A stretch of DNA of 64,000 nucleotides from positions 1-64,000 of the forward strand of contig JASTWF010001160.1 of the NCBI GenBank assembly GCA_030390025.1, read 5' to 3'. How positions within the stretch are numbered: the stretch's first letter is position 1; every line of letters starts with the position of its first letter. The notes under the pieces were generated by a model. That model was not told where the DNA came from and searched no databases. It worked only from the letters and a program-made list of their open reading frames with translations. A program made the translations under genes and the position numbers. This DNA is from Squalus acanthias (taxonomy: Eukaryota). This document shows, one piece after another, positions 12,993 through 24,458 of this stretch.

Positions 12993-14519
12993 ATAGCATA
13001 TTTGAGTACTTATTGGTTACAGAGAAGCACTGACCAGATTGTGATGTACATTACTGTCGTCCTTCTTGGTTGGAGGTGGGTGCTTGGCGCGTGAGGGGCC
13101 ATACGTGGAAAGGGTGCCATTTTATAAACAGGTCAACTTTTTAAAATTAAAATATTCTGGCAGTATAATGTCCAAGCAGCACAGTGACAGAGCACATCGC
13201 TATACCAGCACAGTATGCCACAGAGTGGTAGAATGTAGGTTTATTCCTGCAATTCCCTAGATGCCCACATGGTAAGGTCCAATCTCAGTGAGGAGGTCCC
13301 ACTTGGAGGGAAGTGGGTAAAGGTTAAAGTTATCATCCCACTTGGAGGGAAAATCCAAAAGGAGATATAGAAGGTTGCAATAATCCTTTCTTGGGGGTGT
13401 ACGATACTTATTTGTATGGTTCTTTAGTCATTCCATGCCATGTACCATCTGCTGGTATGCCAGAGAAAGAATGGGTGGTGCTTTCAGATTTTAGCCAATG
13501 TTACTGTGAACTGACCGCTACGAGTTGTACTACAGTGCACTGAAGTGCTGAGTGGGATAACTCTATCTTTGATTTCCCCCTCATGCGACCTCTAACTGCT
13601 ACTTCCCCAAGGTGGTGCGGCTCAGATCAGCTGCACAGCTGCAGAGACTTGTGGCCATGCAAACCTCTGTCCTACCGCTCTGTGCCATAGAGCATTGATT
13701 CTCTATTGTGTTATGCTGCTGAGTCACTATGATAAAAGCCTCAGCCATGTTAGAGATTGAAAGTAAGTGAATTATTCTAATGCGGCATTGCATTCTATTA
13801 CATGGAATGATTCCCTTTTAAAAGCAAGGTTACTGATATCTTTATGCACCTTGATGTCTTCTAGTTAAACTAGTGCCTGCTCCCAGTTGGCCAATAATGA
13901 AATAATAATTTATTGTATTAATGTTCTACAGTGTTTGAGGCAAAAACACTAAAATAAAGTCAGTAAGATCCTCTTCAAAGCTGTCATTTATTCTTTTGCA
14001 GCCCTAGATCTATAGATGGTAGGTGTAGGACTGCAGTTACAGTCTTTGAGTACACTTACTTACAATTTTAAATATCACAAAGTATGATTGAAGCGACTCA
14101 AAATTTTATGATTGGCCTTTGAGAACCACAAGTTGCAGACTTTAATTTTCCTGTCAGTATCGGCCATTTTTGTGGAGCGTAATCAGTTTTCATTTGAATC
14201 CATTAAATTTTTTTCCAACATATTTATATTAATTTTGCTATTCAACACACCAACCCCAGCTAAAAGGCTAGGCCAATGCTGCTTTATTGCTGGAGGTCAG
14301 GTGGTGCTTGAGAGCACTGAAGGCGGACGTGACTCTTCTCCAGGCTTTCCTTCTCTCCCTTTGAGGAAGTGCTTGGTCGGTGCTTGCTGTTTTCCCAACA
14401 CTCCACTGACAACAGTGTGCCTGAGACTGCGAGCTCCAAGGCAATCTACCACAGGACTACCACTGTTTGTTTCATTACATTTCTCTTAAAAAGGAAATCA
14501 ACATGTGGGTACCCCTTAG

Positions 14520-14850
14520 GGCTCAGTGAGTAATTGGACTGACGAGGACCAACAATGTCCTAGTTTGTATTGAGTTAGTTGGTCTGGTCTGAGCCAAGGC
14601 AGCATTAAGGATGCAGCAGTTGTCCTGGGTTGGGGAAGGAGGCATCAATTAGTTTCCACTCCCGATACATCTCCAGTGACCCTTGCTGGGAAGAGTAGGT
14701 GAGGTGAGCATTGGGCCCAACTGTGATGACTCTGTGGTTGAATACCCACCAACATGCAACATTCATTGTTTAGGCTCATACATGAAGAATAGCTACTTAC
14801 TGAATGGCTCCCAGCACCCGTGAAACTGAACCCGAACATGATCAACACAT
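14520..14850 (+). mobile_element. Old SINE family B copy
   Basis: tgagttag...ccagtgacccttgctggg...aggctcatacatgaagaat shared with 20915-21215, 34605-34985, 56535-56890. Confidence 0.55.
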
Positions 14851-15169
14851 TCAAAAGAGAAGTGGAGAAACATGGAGGGGGAAGGGGAGGAAGAAAGAGA
14901 AAACTAATTCAAAGCACATGCCCAGCGGTGGGCTGACAATGGTCGGCGTGTGATGAACATTGTTATTGAGGTCATGTAATTCAGAGAGTATCAAAAAGAT
15001 TATAGCATCATTATTATTGACAATACAAGCATGTTGCTGCAGCTACATTGAGAGTCACATACCCATGAGCTAACTTTTGACCTTTGGGCATCAGCAGAAT
15101 TTTTAAATCGACCTTAAATTATTTTTCAATCTTGCTTAAATATGCAAATTATGCCATTGAACTTGAGCG

Positions 15170-16495
15170 CAGCCAATGTGACACCTTGTTCAAGAAGGGA
15201 GAGAAGGATAAACAGGCTAACATCAGTTGTAGGCAACTCTTAGAATCCATAATTTGAAATAAAATTAATGTGCATTTGGAAATGCACAGGTTAAATCAAG
15301 GACAACCAGGCAAGGATTTGTTAAAGGCAAGTCATGTTTGACAAATTTAATAAGAGTTTTTTTTTTAAGAAGTAACTGTTTGGATAGATAAGGGAACACA
15401 GCAGATGTAGTGTATATGGATTTTCAGGATGTGTTCGATAAGGCGTCTCACAAGAAAAAAATCAGGTGTATAGTATAGGAGAAAATAAAGTACCATGGAT
15501 AGAAGGTTGGTTGCTAGACAAGAGACAAACGGTAAATGGGTGTTGCTTGTATTGTAGAAAGGTTGGAAGTGGTATACCTTTGGATCACTTTTGTTCTTAA
15601 TATAAAAATAATTTATATAGCGCCTTTAATGTAGTAAAATGTCACGAGGCGCTTCACAGAAACATAATCAGACAAAAATTGACACCGAGCCAAAGCAGGA
15701 AAGATTACAACAGGTGACCAAAAGCTGGTCAAAGAGGTAGGCTTTAACGAGCATCATAAAGGAGGGACAGGGATTATGCAATCGATGAAGAGTTGCTGAA
15801 GAGTTTAGATGAACAGAGAAACCTTGGGGTTCAAATAATTCAGTCGCTGAAAGTTGAAATGCAGGTAGATAAAGCTGTTAATAAAAAGTCCAATGCATTT
15901 TGGTCTTTATAAATAGGGGTATAGAGCATTGGAGTAAAGCAGCAATAACTTTGTACAACGGATTGGTTAGGCCACAGTTAGAGTATTTCATGGAGTTTTG
16001 GCAACCTATTATAGAAAGGAAATGAAAGCCATAAAGAGTGCACAGTGTAGATTCACCAGGATGCCGCCACAGATGGAAAACTGCAGTTATGAGGAGAGAT
16101 GTGAGATGCTGGGACTATTGCCACTGAAGCAGAAAATGCTAAGGGAGATTTAAAAGAGATTTTTGTATCATGAAGAATTTTGGAAGAGTAAATAAGGAAA
16201 GACTATTTCCTTTGGTTGAGGTGATAGTGAAGAGGGGTCATCTAATACAAACTGTCTCTAAGAGCATGAGAGGAGAGGTGCGGAGAGGCAGCATGGAATG
16301 CTTTGCCAGAGGGAGTGGTTGAGGCAAAGATATTTGCTTTTTAAGGGAAAATTGGATAAATATTTGAAACAAAGGAAGAGACAGGGATATGGAGAGACAG
16401 CAGGGCAGTGGTATTAGTTTTACATTGCTCCAGTAAAGAGGCATCACAGACATGATGGGCCAAATGTGCTGTAAACTTCGTTGGTTCTATATACT
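15170..16495 (+). mobile_element. Old degraded CR1 LINE with an L2 3' fragment inserted (~15600-15770)
   Basis: gatgtagtgtatatggattttcag (DVVYMDF), aggccacagttagagtat, agattcaccaggatg motifs, CR1 3' UTR. Confidence 0.75.
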
Positions 16496-17299
16496 TTCGT
16501 AAAGCCAGCCAGGAGTGCATATCGAGAAATTGTGGGCATGCTCCGCCACAATTATTCATCCTAATGGATGGAAAATCGTGGGGTACCCCTTCACAATTTT
16601 TGGATATGCACTCGTGGTGGGTGAGGCTCCATGTGGGAGTGTGCATCGGTTTATTTATGGAGTAAGTTAGCAGTGAAGGTCATTGAAGTGAACAGCATAA
16701 ATGTGTTCAAGAGGCAACTAGAGGGGTAATTTTATTAATTTGTGTGGCCCATAATTTTCCGGCCATCAAAATAAATAGAGAGAATATAATGGGACTCGGT
16801 ACCCAAATACTCAATATGCACTCCTAGTAGGCGAAAGTAGTAAAATGACCCTTTAGGTATGCCTCTGGAGAGAGAAGGGATTGCGGGATATCCTGAGGAG
16901 GACGGTAAATTAAATTGATCTATCAAAAAGTTATGGAATTGTTGTGGAAAAGTTATGGAATTGTTGAGTTATCATTTACATTTACAATGTAAATGACAAC
17001 TCAATAATAAGTCTGTACAATTTCCTTCTAAGTCGCTATTTTTTTCAAACTGCTCATATATTTATATGGAGAGTCATGGCTTCTTAGAATTTTCTCCTGC
17101 TGAAAAATGTCTCACAACAAATAAAAATAATGGTAGATTTGAATCATGCCTAAGGATTCAGAAGCCTCCTGCACATCACAGAAAGTTGGTTGTTCTGCCG
17201 CAATGTAGGAATGTGCCGTCTTGAATTTTAACTGCACATTAGCATTTCAATGAACAGGAAACGATCATTAGGTTCAAAAGCTTGTTTCTTTTTGAAAAA

Positions 17300-17880
17300 G
17301 TTCAACCCCGTCTACCAGAATTTTCACTACACCACTTAATTCCTTCTCGCTCCAGAAAGGTATCTAATAGCCTCTTAATCCCTTTTATACTGTCTGCTCC
17401 GATAACCTTTCCCTGTAATTTATGTCACAACACTATTACTTTGGATAAAAAAGTTTCACCTGACTTCCCTAACTTACTAAATTCTATTTTATGTATCCTG
17501 GTATTTGAGCCTTTATGAACACTTGAAAACTTTCATAAGGTTACCTCAATGTTGCCTCTTATTGGTAGTAGCCAAAGCCAATTTGCTTAATCTTCTCCCA
17601 TAAATTAAATTTCTGACACCAACATTGTCATTGCTTTTTCCTGTAACTTGTCAAAGGTAGTAATATCGTTCCTATGACAAGGTGACCAGAACCACACGCA
17701 ATACTATAGATGATGCCTGACTAGCATTTTATACAGCAACAGTAAAGCCTCTTTTGATTTGTACTCCATCTCTCTGCTCATGCATCCAAGTAACTCAATT
17801 GCCTTTTTTAAGCTATGTTATTTGCCTTTGTTAAGAGGTTTAAATGTTTTTATATCCCTCATCATCTTCCTCTCCTACTT
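17300..17880 (-). mobile_element. Ancient CR1-like LINE remnant
   Basis: ggtgaccagaaccacacgcaatact = degraded EYCVxFWSP on the minus strand. Confidence 0.5.
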
Positions 17881-17897
17881 TGTTTTTAGAGAAATTA

Positions 17898-18910
17898 GGG
17901 GGGAATTTTAACCCCCAAAACGGGTGGGTTGGGGTCGAGTGGGAGGTTAAAGAGTTAAGTAACTGAATCCCAACTCTAACCCGCCCACTTCCGGTTTTAG
18001 CGGAGGCGGGACGGGGAGGGGTGGGCAGCAGCCAACCCGCACCCAGCAGGCGGGTCGTCTATTTAAATATTATAATGAGGCCAGTGTGTCTCATGGTGAT
18101 CCACCGTTTCAAATTTAACTCTGGCTGGCCGAGTTTCCCAGGCCTTGGAGAACCCGCCAGCTAAAGGGAGGCGAGGACTGCTGGATCCAGGAGATAAGTG
18201 CTTCTCCACTTACCTGCTGGATCCAGCGTTCCTGCCTCACCCACCCAAATGTTCCCTTTAAGCTGCGCGACCAGCTCCCCAGAGGTCCCGCGCAGCCAGT
18301 GATCCAGCTTTTAAATTGAAAAAAAACGCGCAGGCGGACTTTTGAATGGGCCACGCAGCTCCTTAAAGGGTCTGCGCGGCCCCCAAAAAATTACGGGGAA
18401 CATTGACCCACCCCCTCGCGATCGGACACCCCCCCCCCCGACCCTTCTGATCTCCCCTGACCTCCCTCCTGAGGCCTCCGACCCCCACCCCCATGAGGCC
18501 TCCAATCTCTCCCCGACATCCCCCCACAAGGCCTCCAATTCCCCCCCCCCACCCCAACTTCCCCCACCGAGCCCTCTGGCCCCGATTCCCCCTCTGCCCC
18601 CGATTCCCCCTCTGCCCCCACCCCCCGATCCTCCTCCAGCCCTGATTCACCCTCACCTCCCCCCACCCCCAATCCCTCCCTCCCTTCTCTTAGCGACCTA
18701 GTGCCGCAGGCCTACCCGCCCGACAGCCAGCCAGTCTCTCCATCTGGCTGGTTGTGGGCGGAAAACAGAGCTTTGAAATGTTAATCAGATCCTGCCGTTA
18801 AATTCGGCATGGTCTGCGGGAAACCCGTTCTCCTGGGTTTGCCCGATCATTTTCTAACCACACCCCCCCCTCCCCCGCTCCCTACCCACCTCCACATTCA
18901 AATTCCGGCC
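17898..18910. mobile_element. Harbinger-type MITE with C-rich low-complexity core
   Basis: TIR ggggggaattt / aaattccggcc; paralogous to 58007-58836. Confidence 0.75.
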
Positions 18911-18912
18911 TA

Positions 18913-19536
18913 GGTCTCAGCCATGGACCAGTGGTAGCACTCTCGCCTCTGAGTCAGAAGCTTGTGGGCTCACTCCAGAGACTTGAGCACAAAGTCTAGG
19001 CTGACACTCCAGTGCAGTGCTGAGGGAGCGCTGCACTGTCGAAGGTGCCGGCTTTCGGATGAGACGTTAAACCGAGGGCCCGTCTGCCCTCTCAGGTGGA
19101 CGTAAAAAAATCCCATGGCACCATTTCGAAGAGGAGCAGAGGATGCCTCGCCAATATTTATCCCTCAACCAACACCTGAAACGGATGATCTGGTCATTTA
19201 TTTCATGGCTGTTTGTGGGACCTTGCTGTGCGCAAATTAGCTGCCACGTTTCCTTCATTACAACCAGTGTTCCCTGTAAGCTGCACTTTGTTCTGCCTGG
19301 CCTGTTTCTTTCGGTGCTCAGTCCCTTTAAATTTCTGTGCGGTAATTCCAATGTAAAAGCCTGTGAGCGGCCTGCGCGGGACCTTGCAGAGTACTGCGCG
19401 GCTGCGCAAGCACGCAGCGTAGAGAGAACATTGATTACAACCGTGACTACATTTCAACAAAAAGTACTTGATTGGCTGTAAAGCGCTTTGGGACGTCTTG
19501 AGGTCGTGAAAGGCGCTATATAAATGCAAGCCTTTC
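18913..19536 (+). mobile_element. SacSINE1-like SINE with hAT MITE insertion
   Basis: tRNA-like head, Deu-domain body, ggcgctatataaatgcaag tail. Confidence 0.88.
19265..19433. mobile_element. hAT-type MITE (169 bp)
   Basis: 8-bp TSD attacaac (19257-19264, 19434-19441); TIR cagtgttccctgtaagctgc / gcagcgtagagagaacattg. Confidence 0.85.
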
Positions 19537-19964
19537 TATTTTTTCTGAAGGAAGGTCAATATTTTTTTTTAAATGAGCTACTTTCAAACAAATGCCAAAC
19601 AGTAATATCAGCAGAAAGGCTGCAAATCTGTCAGCTCTTTCCGGTGCTGCGATACATATCTTATTTGCACACACTGACTGGAGTTAATTCTGCACCAACT
19701 CCGCATTTTGTCTTCTGTCGCAATTAAAATGTAAATTTCAGTAGCCTGTCTTTGTAATTCAAAAAAAAAGCTTGAGGCAGAAGAATTTAAACTGCCGGTA
19801 ATAAAACCAGCTACAGATGTTGCTGGGAGTTATGGCTGTGACTCTCTGATATTCCACATTTCATTTTTTTAATGCAATGATTAGATTACACATGCTCGCA
19901 CTATGATGGTGAATGTTACTTCAGTCACGGTTTGTAGGAGCCGGTATATGATTATATACACAAT

Positions 19965-20119
19965 GTTTTCAAGGGGAGACTGGATAGGCACTTGAGGGAA
20001 ATAAACTTGCAGGGCTATGGGGATAGAGCGGGGGAATGGGACTGACTGGATTGCTGTACAGAGAGCCGGCACGGACTCAATGGGCCGAATGGCCTCCTTC
20101 TGTGCCGTTATGACTCTAT
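19965..20119 (+). mobile_element. CR1 3' end (tail continues at ~20729-20742 after the MITE)
   Basis: cagggctatggggatagagcgggg...gggccgaatggcctccttctgtgc, (actctatg)n tail. Confidence 0.8.
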
Positions 20120-20728
20120 GGGGGCTAAATTCGGTTGATTTGTGCCTCCCGTTAGCGCCCTAACAGGGCGCAAATCAACTAGCGCCTGGGCGCGGTGCCG
20201 TTAACACCTCCCGCGAAATTCAGCAGCATCGCCGTGCGCAGCGCCCCGCTCGCGCCCCGCTCGCGCCCCGGCTGTATTATTGGGTGGCGCCCCCCCCGAC
20301 TTACCGCTAGACGCTATGTCTGCCGGGGTCAGGGGGGCCTACCTGCAGCCGGGGTGGCGGGCGGCCATTTTTGTTGCTGGCCGCCTGCCAGCATCTGCCC
20401 CCGTTGCTGTCCCCGGCCCCCGTGAAGCCCCACCGCAGGGTGTCGGCTGCTCTCCGTGAGCCCGGCTCTCCTCTTAAGAGGAGTGCCAGGGTCGTTTGCC
20501 GGCGCTCCTGATCCCTGGTGGCCCAGCTGGGCGCCAGAACGTGCTGTGCCAGGCCCCTCCCCTTTAATAAGGGGAGGAAGGCCTGCAGTACCGCGGCACG
20601 TAGTGCCGTGATATTGGCTCGCAGCGCCCCAAGAGGGACTGGGGCACTTCCAGTAGCGCCCCTCCTCCCCTGGGAAAATCGGCCACGGGGACACTAACTT
20701 TTTCGGGGCACCACCCAATTTTTACCCC
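20120..20728. mobile_element. Harbinger/PIF-type MITE
   Basis: TIR gggggctaaatt / aatttttacccc, TSD TAT; same family as 3180-3843. Confidence 0.85.
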
Positions 20729-20914
20729 TATGACTCTATGACATGAAAACACAGTAATGAAATTGGTGGGTGGTTTGAGCGGGGGCGGTCAATGAATCAA
20801 CAAACTATTGCTGCTATGCAGTACTAACAAAACCTTTTAGTACATTTAGACCGTAGTCAACTCTTTTACCTATAGGGAAAATATAGCAGCTTGGGTCCCC
20901 TGAAGTCTCTACAC

Positions 20915-21215
20915 CACAAACAGACTAGGAAAGTCCGAGGGTTTGATTCCTGGCACTGTGCTGAATTAGCAGTTCTCATTCTCGGGTACCAGAATTGACA
21001 CCCAGCATCTGCAGGCTAGGGGGAGGTGAAAGAAATCATCCCGAGTTCCTGCTCCCGATCGCTAGCCAGTGCCTTCTGCTGGAAAGTGGATAAGGGCAGG
21101 CTCAACTGTATTGGCTCACCTTCGGAATCACGGCCTTCAGGAAGGATGAGAATTTGAGGGAGAAACCCACCATAACTATTTACTTCAAAGATGAAGCAAT
21201 AACCCATAGCAGCAA
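20915..21215 (+). mobile_element. Old SINE family B copy
   Basis: B-box-like ggtttgattcc, tgtgctgaattagc, ccagtgccttctgctggaaagtg. Confidence 0.55.
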
Positions 21216-21864
21216 GTCAGGTCTGGTTAGATTTTGGTTTTCACTTCTTGTGCCAGAATATCTTGTTCAACCAAAAAAAATCAATACTTTTACAATTTGT
21301 TCCCCTCATTTTTTATCTTTAAGAACATGTTGAGGTGAGAGATGTTATTGCTGGGAAATTGAATATTTTCCTTTTTTTTGGACTGAATATTAACATCATA
21401 TGCAATAAAAACAACTTGCACGTTACAGAATCTTTAAAGCTTCACAGGGGCATAACTGGATGCCAAGCAGTTAAAGGAGAACATTAGGATGTGGACTGAA
21501 GGCATGGGCAAAGAGGCAGATTTTGAGGGGGGCTTTTTAAGGTGTGGTAAGGCAACTACCAACGTGTTGGAGCTCAGGGAGAAACTTCCAAGTTAGAAAC
21601 AGTGTAAAGCTTCCTTTCTCTACCCCAGCAATGTAATTCAGCTTCTGTTGCATATGTGTAACATTGCCATTGCGCTATACCAGCCATCTTCTCTGAGTGA
21701 GGTTGTCACTAGATTATGTTCTGTGGGCTCACAGCCATTAGGAACTGTGTTGTCCTAAGGTCATTTAATTTCAAATCCTTACAGCTCATTTAATTTCACT
21801 ATAGTAGTCTGTGGTGGAATCAAACCCAGGACCCAGTGTTGAAAGAACAGTGCTCTGAATCATA

Positions 21865-22240
21865 CTTCTTCTTTCGTATGGTAGTAGCAAAGCCAATCAA
21901 ATGTCAATATCTAAGTCAGATATCCAGGCCAAAGCTTCCTGTGTAACAGTGTGGATATCTTGTAGGCTGCCTGTGAATTTCCTCTGAGGGCAGTGCTCAA
22001 TGATGTGCTCCAGGGTCTGATTAGGAGCTCCACAGTCGTATGATGGGGATGCTTTAATCTTCCATCTATGGAGAAGGTGGCAGCATCTACCATGACCGGT
22101 TCTGAGGCGGTTGATGGTTGTATTCTCTGGAGACTGCACATTCGCGGCGTAGATGTGGTGGTGCGATGTTTGCAAGCACGGGCAGCCGAGGTGTTGATGT
22201 CGATAAAAGCGTATTGTTGATAATTCTCTGAGCCATAGCA
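21865..22240 (-). mobile_element. Vingi/Ingi-clade LINE 3' fragment with internal deletion
   Basis: Minus-strand LPVLANIAPPHLRR and INRLRTGHGRC..L.RW..SP.DCG..QT.EHI..HCP zinc knuckle; 3' end CCATACGAAAGAAGAAG. Confidence 0.7.
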
Positions 22241-22430
22241 ATAATCAATCACCTCAATAGTGTCCTTTGAGAATGATAATAAAATATCCTTCCTGTCAAT
22301 GGCACCCTGCCTAGTGCAGTTGGGTGCAAAAAACATATACAAATAAATATGTTTTGCTTTTTCTTATTTTGTTTGTGGTACAATGTGTGGTGAGTCAGAA
22401 ATGGAAATCTATTTTTCTGACTTCACTTTG

Positions 22431-22432
<2 letters not shown>

Positions 22433-22467
<35 letters not shown>
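22433..22467 (+). repeat. (CA)n microsatellite
   Basis: Direct reading. Confidence 0.95.
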
Positions 22468-22469
<2 letters not shown>

Positions 22470-23140
22470 TAAAAAAAAAAAGCAGAATGAGAAAATTACA
22501 ACTGGCTGGGATATTACTGCCAGGAGCCTTTTCATTGTTCCTTAGTTGATTGATTGATCCAAAAAGGTTATACTGTTAAAAAAAGCCTCATATTTATTTT
22601 CAGTCTCTTCACTTTTCTCTCTGCCTCTTCCGAAGGTGCTAACTTGTGCAATGTTTTTTAAATAGTTTCCATTTGGGGTTAACACAAAGGCCTAGAAATT
22701 CGAGGGTTTAGCGTTGGCCGTTAAGGCCCGTTTTGAAGGAAACATTTTGGACAGGTCGGCTGCGCTGCCGATGCCTGCGCTGCGCTGCCGATATTTAGAT
22801 TAGGCAGGTTGTGATGTCAATGAGTGTGCAATGCTCACTTGATGCCGGTTCTGCCATTTTCGCCGTCACCGCTCCACTTCCCGCCCTCTCTTAATCACGA
22901 CCAGCTGACCAAGTGTTCAGTAGCAGGAAGGAGCCTCCAGCGGCGATATTTAAAGGGATCATCATTAACAACTTGCAGCTGACATGGTTTTCAGTTTGAC
23001 TGGCTCTGTATAACTTTCTGCAACTCTTGCAGCTTTCTAAACTTGTTTCAAGTTCCTAAGGTGACAGGGAGTGTTGGTGCAAGTGGAGAATGCCTTGATT
23101 CTCATTTAAAGGCTTCTGCTCACACCACTTGCTCACAGTC

Positions 23141-24291
23141 ATGGGGGCTCTACTTGCAGTCCCCCTCGTGTATTTTTGGGAGACAGAGTGGAGACAGCGA
23201 AGATGCGCGCAGAGGGGGGAAGAGAAGGCCAGGAGGGCTATCAACAGGAGGCCTTACCCACCTAGGGTCTTCCAAGAGCGCTTCTCCTCCCTCCACTTAA
23301 GCAATGAGCAGTGTATTTGGAGGCTCCGCTTCACCAAGGAGGTGGGCGCAGAACTCTGCCACCTCCTGCAACCAGACCTGCAGCCTCAGACCAGGGCGAC
23401 CACGGCTCTCCCAGTGGCCCTCAAGGTCACCGTGGCCCTCAATTTCTTCGCCAGTGGATCCTTCCAGTCTGGAGCAGGAGGCATATCTAACATGTCCTAG
23501 TTTGCCATCCATCGCTGCATCTGGGAGAATACAGAGGCTCTCTACACCAGGAGAAGGGACTATGTTGTCTTCTCTCAGACCAGAGAGAAGCAGGAGGAGT
23601 GGGCATGTGGCTTTGCCAGGATAGCGGGCTTCCCCGTGGTGCAGGGCGTCATCGACTGCACACACGTAGCTTTGCGTCACTGCGCACCAATCCCAAGATG
23701 TTCCATAACCGCAAAGGCTACCACTCATTTAATGAGCAGTTGTTGTGCGACCACACCCAGCACATCATGATGGTGAATGCCCACTATCCTGGCAACAGTC
23801 ATGATGCCTTCATCCTGCGCCAGTCCGGTGTGCCAGCAATCTTACAGCCACCACATCAAACCCGATGGTGGCTGCTCGGAGACAAGGGCTATCCGCTCTG
23901 CACCTGGCTGCTGGATCTCCTCTGCAACCCCAGCACTCCTGCCCAGCACTCATATAATGACAGCCATGCTGCTACCAGGAACGTCATCGAGCAAACCATC
24001 GGGGTGCTCAAGCAACGGTTCTGCTGCCTTGACCGCTCGAGAGGAGCCCTCCAGTACTCACCGGAGCGGGTGTCCCATTCCATGGTGGTCTGCTGCATGT
24101 TCCACAACTTGGTCATCATGAGGACGCAGCCCTTTCCACCAGGGATTGCGGGACCACCTCAGGAGGGGGAGAGGGAGGAGAAGGAGGAGGAAGAGGAAGA
24201 GAACAAGGGTGAGGACGAGGAGGAAGGGAGGAGGCAGGCAGCAGATCACCGTTCCGGACAGACTGTCCATGAAGGCCTCATCAGACTCTGA
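23141..24291 (+). pseudogene. Harbinger DDE transposase (HARBI1-like), disrupted
   Basis: NFFASGSFQ, GVIDCTHV, GNSHDAFIL, LLGDKGYP, RNVIEQTIGVLKQRF; stop at 23498-23500 and frameshifts. Confidence 0.9.
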
Positions 24292-24458
24292 TTCCAGTGA
24301 ATGAGACCCCAGATCCCTGTTGCTCACCACTTCCCCATCATACCATCCCTCTGTCGCGGAACATCACAGCGTCCTCCTGGGCACAAAGCTGAAATGAGAG
24401 CCAACACAAAACAAACATTCCAAACAAAATTAATAAATTTATCAGAATCCAATCAACA

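Noticed and set aside
14540-14570. ctgacgagg as a hammerhead core
   Set aside because: No downstream GAAA or stem I; part of an old SINE head
18342-18701. Proline-rich / collagen-like ORFs (also 58179-58663)
   Set aside because: Translation artefacts of C-rich low-complexity MITE cores
23129-24291. Domesticated HARBI1 host gene
   Set aside because: Has a stop codon and frameshifts, is flanked by TIRs and has paralogous copies in the window, so it is a transposon pseudogene
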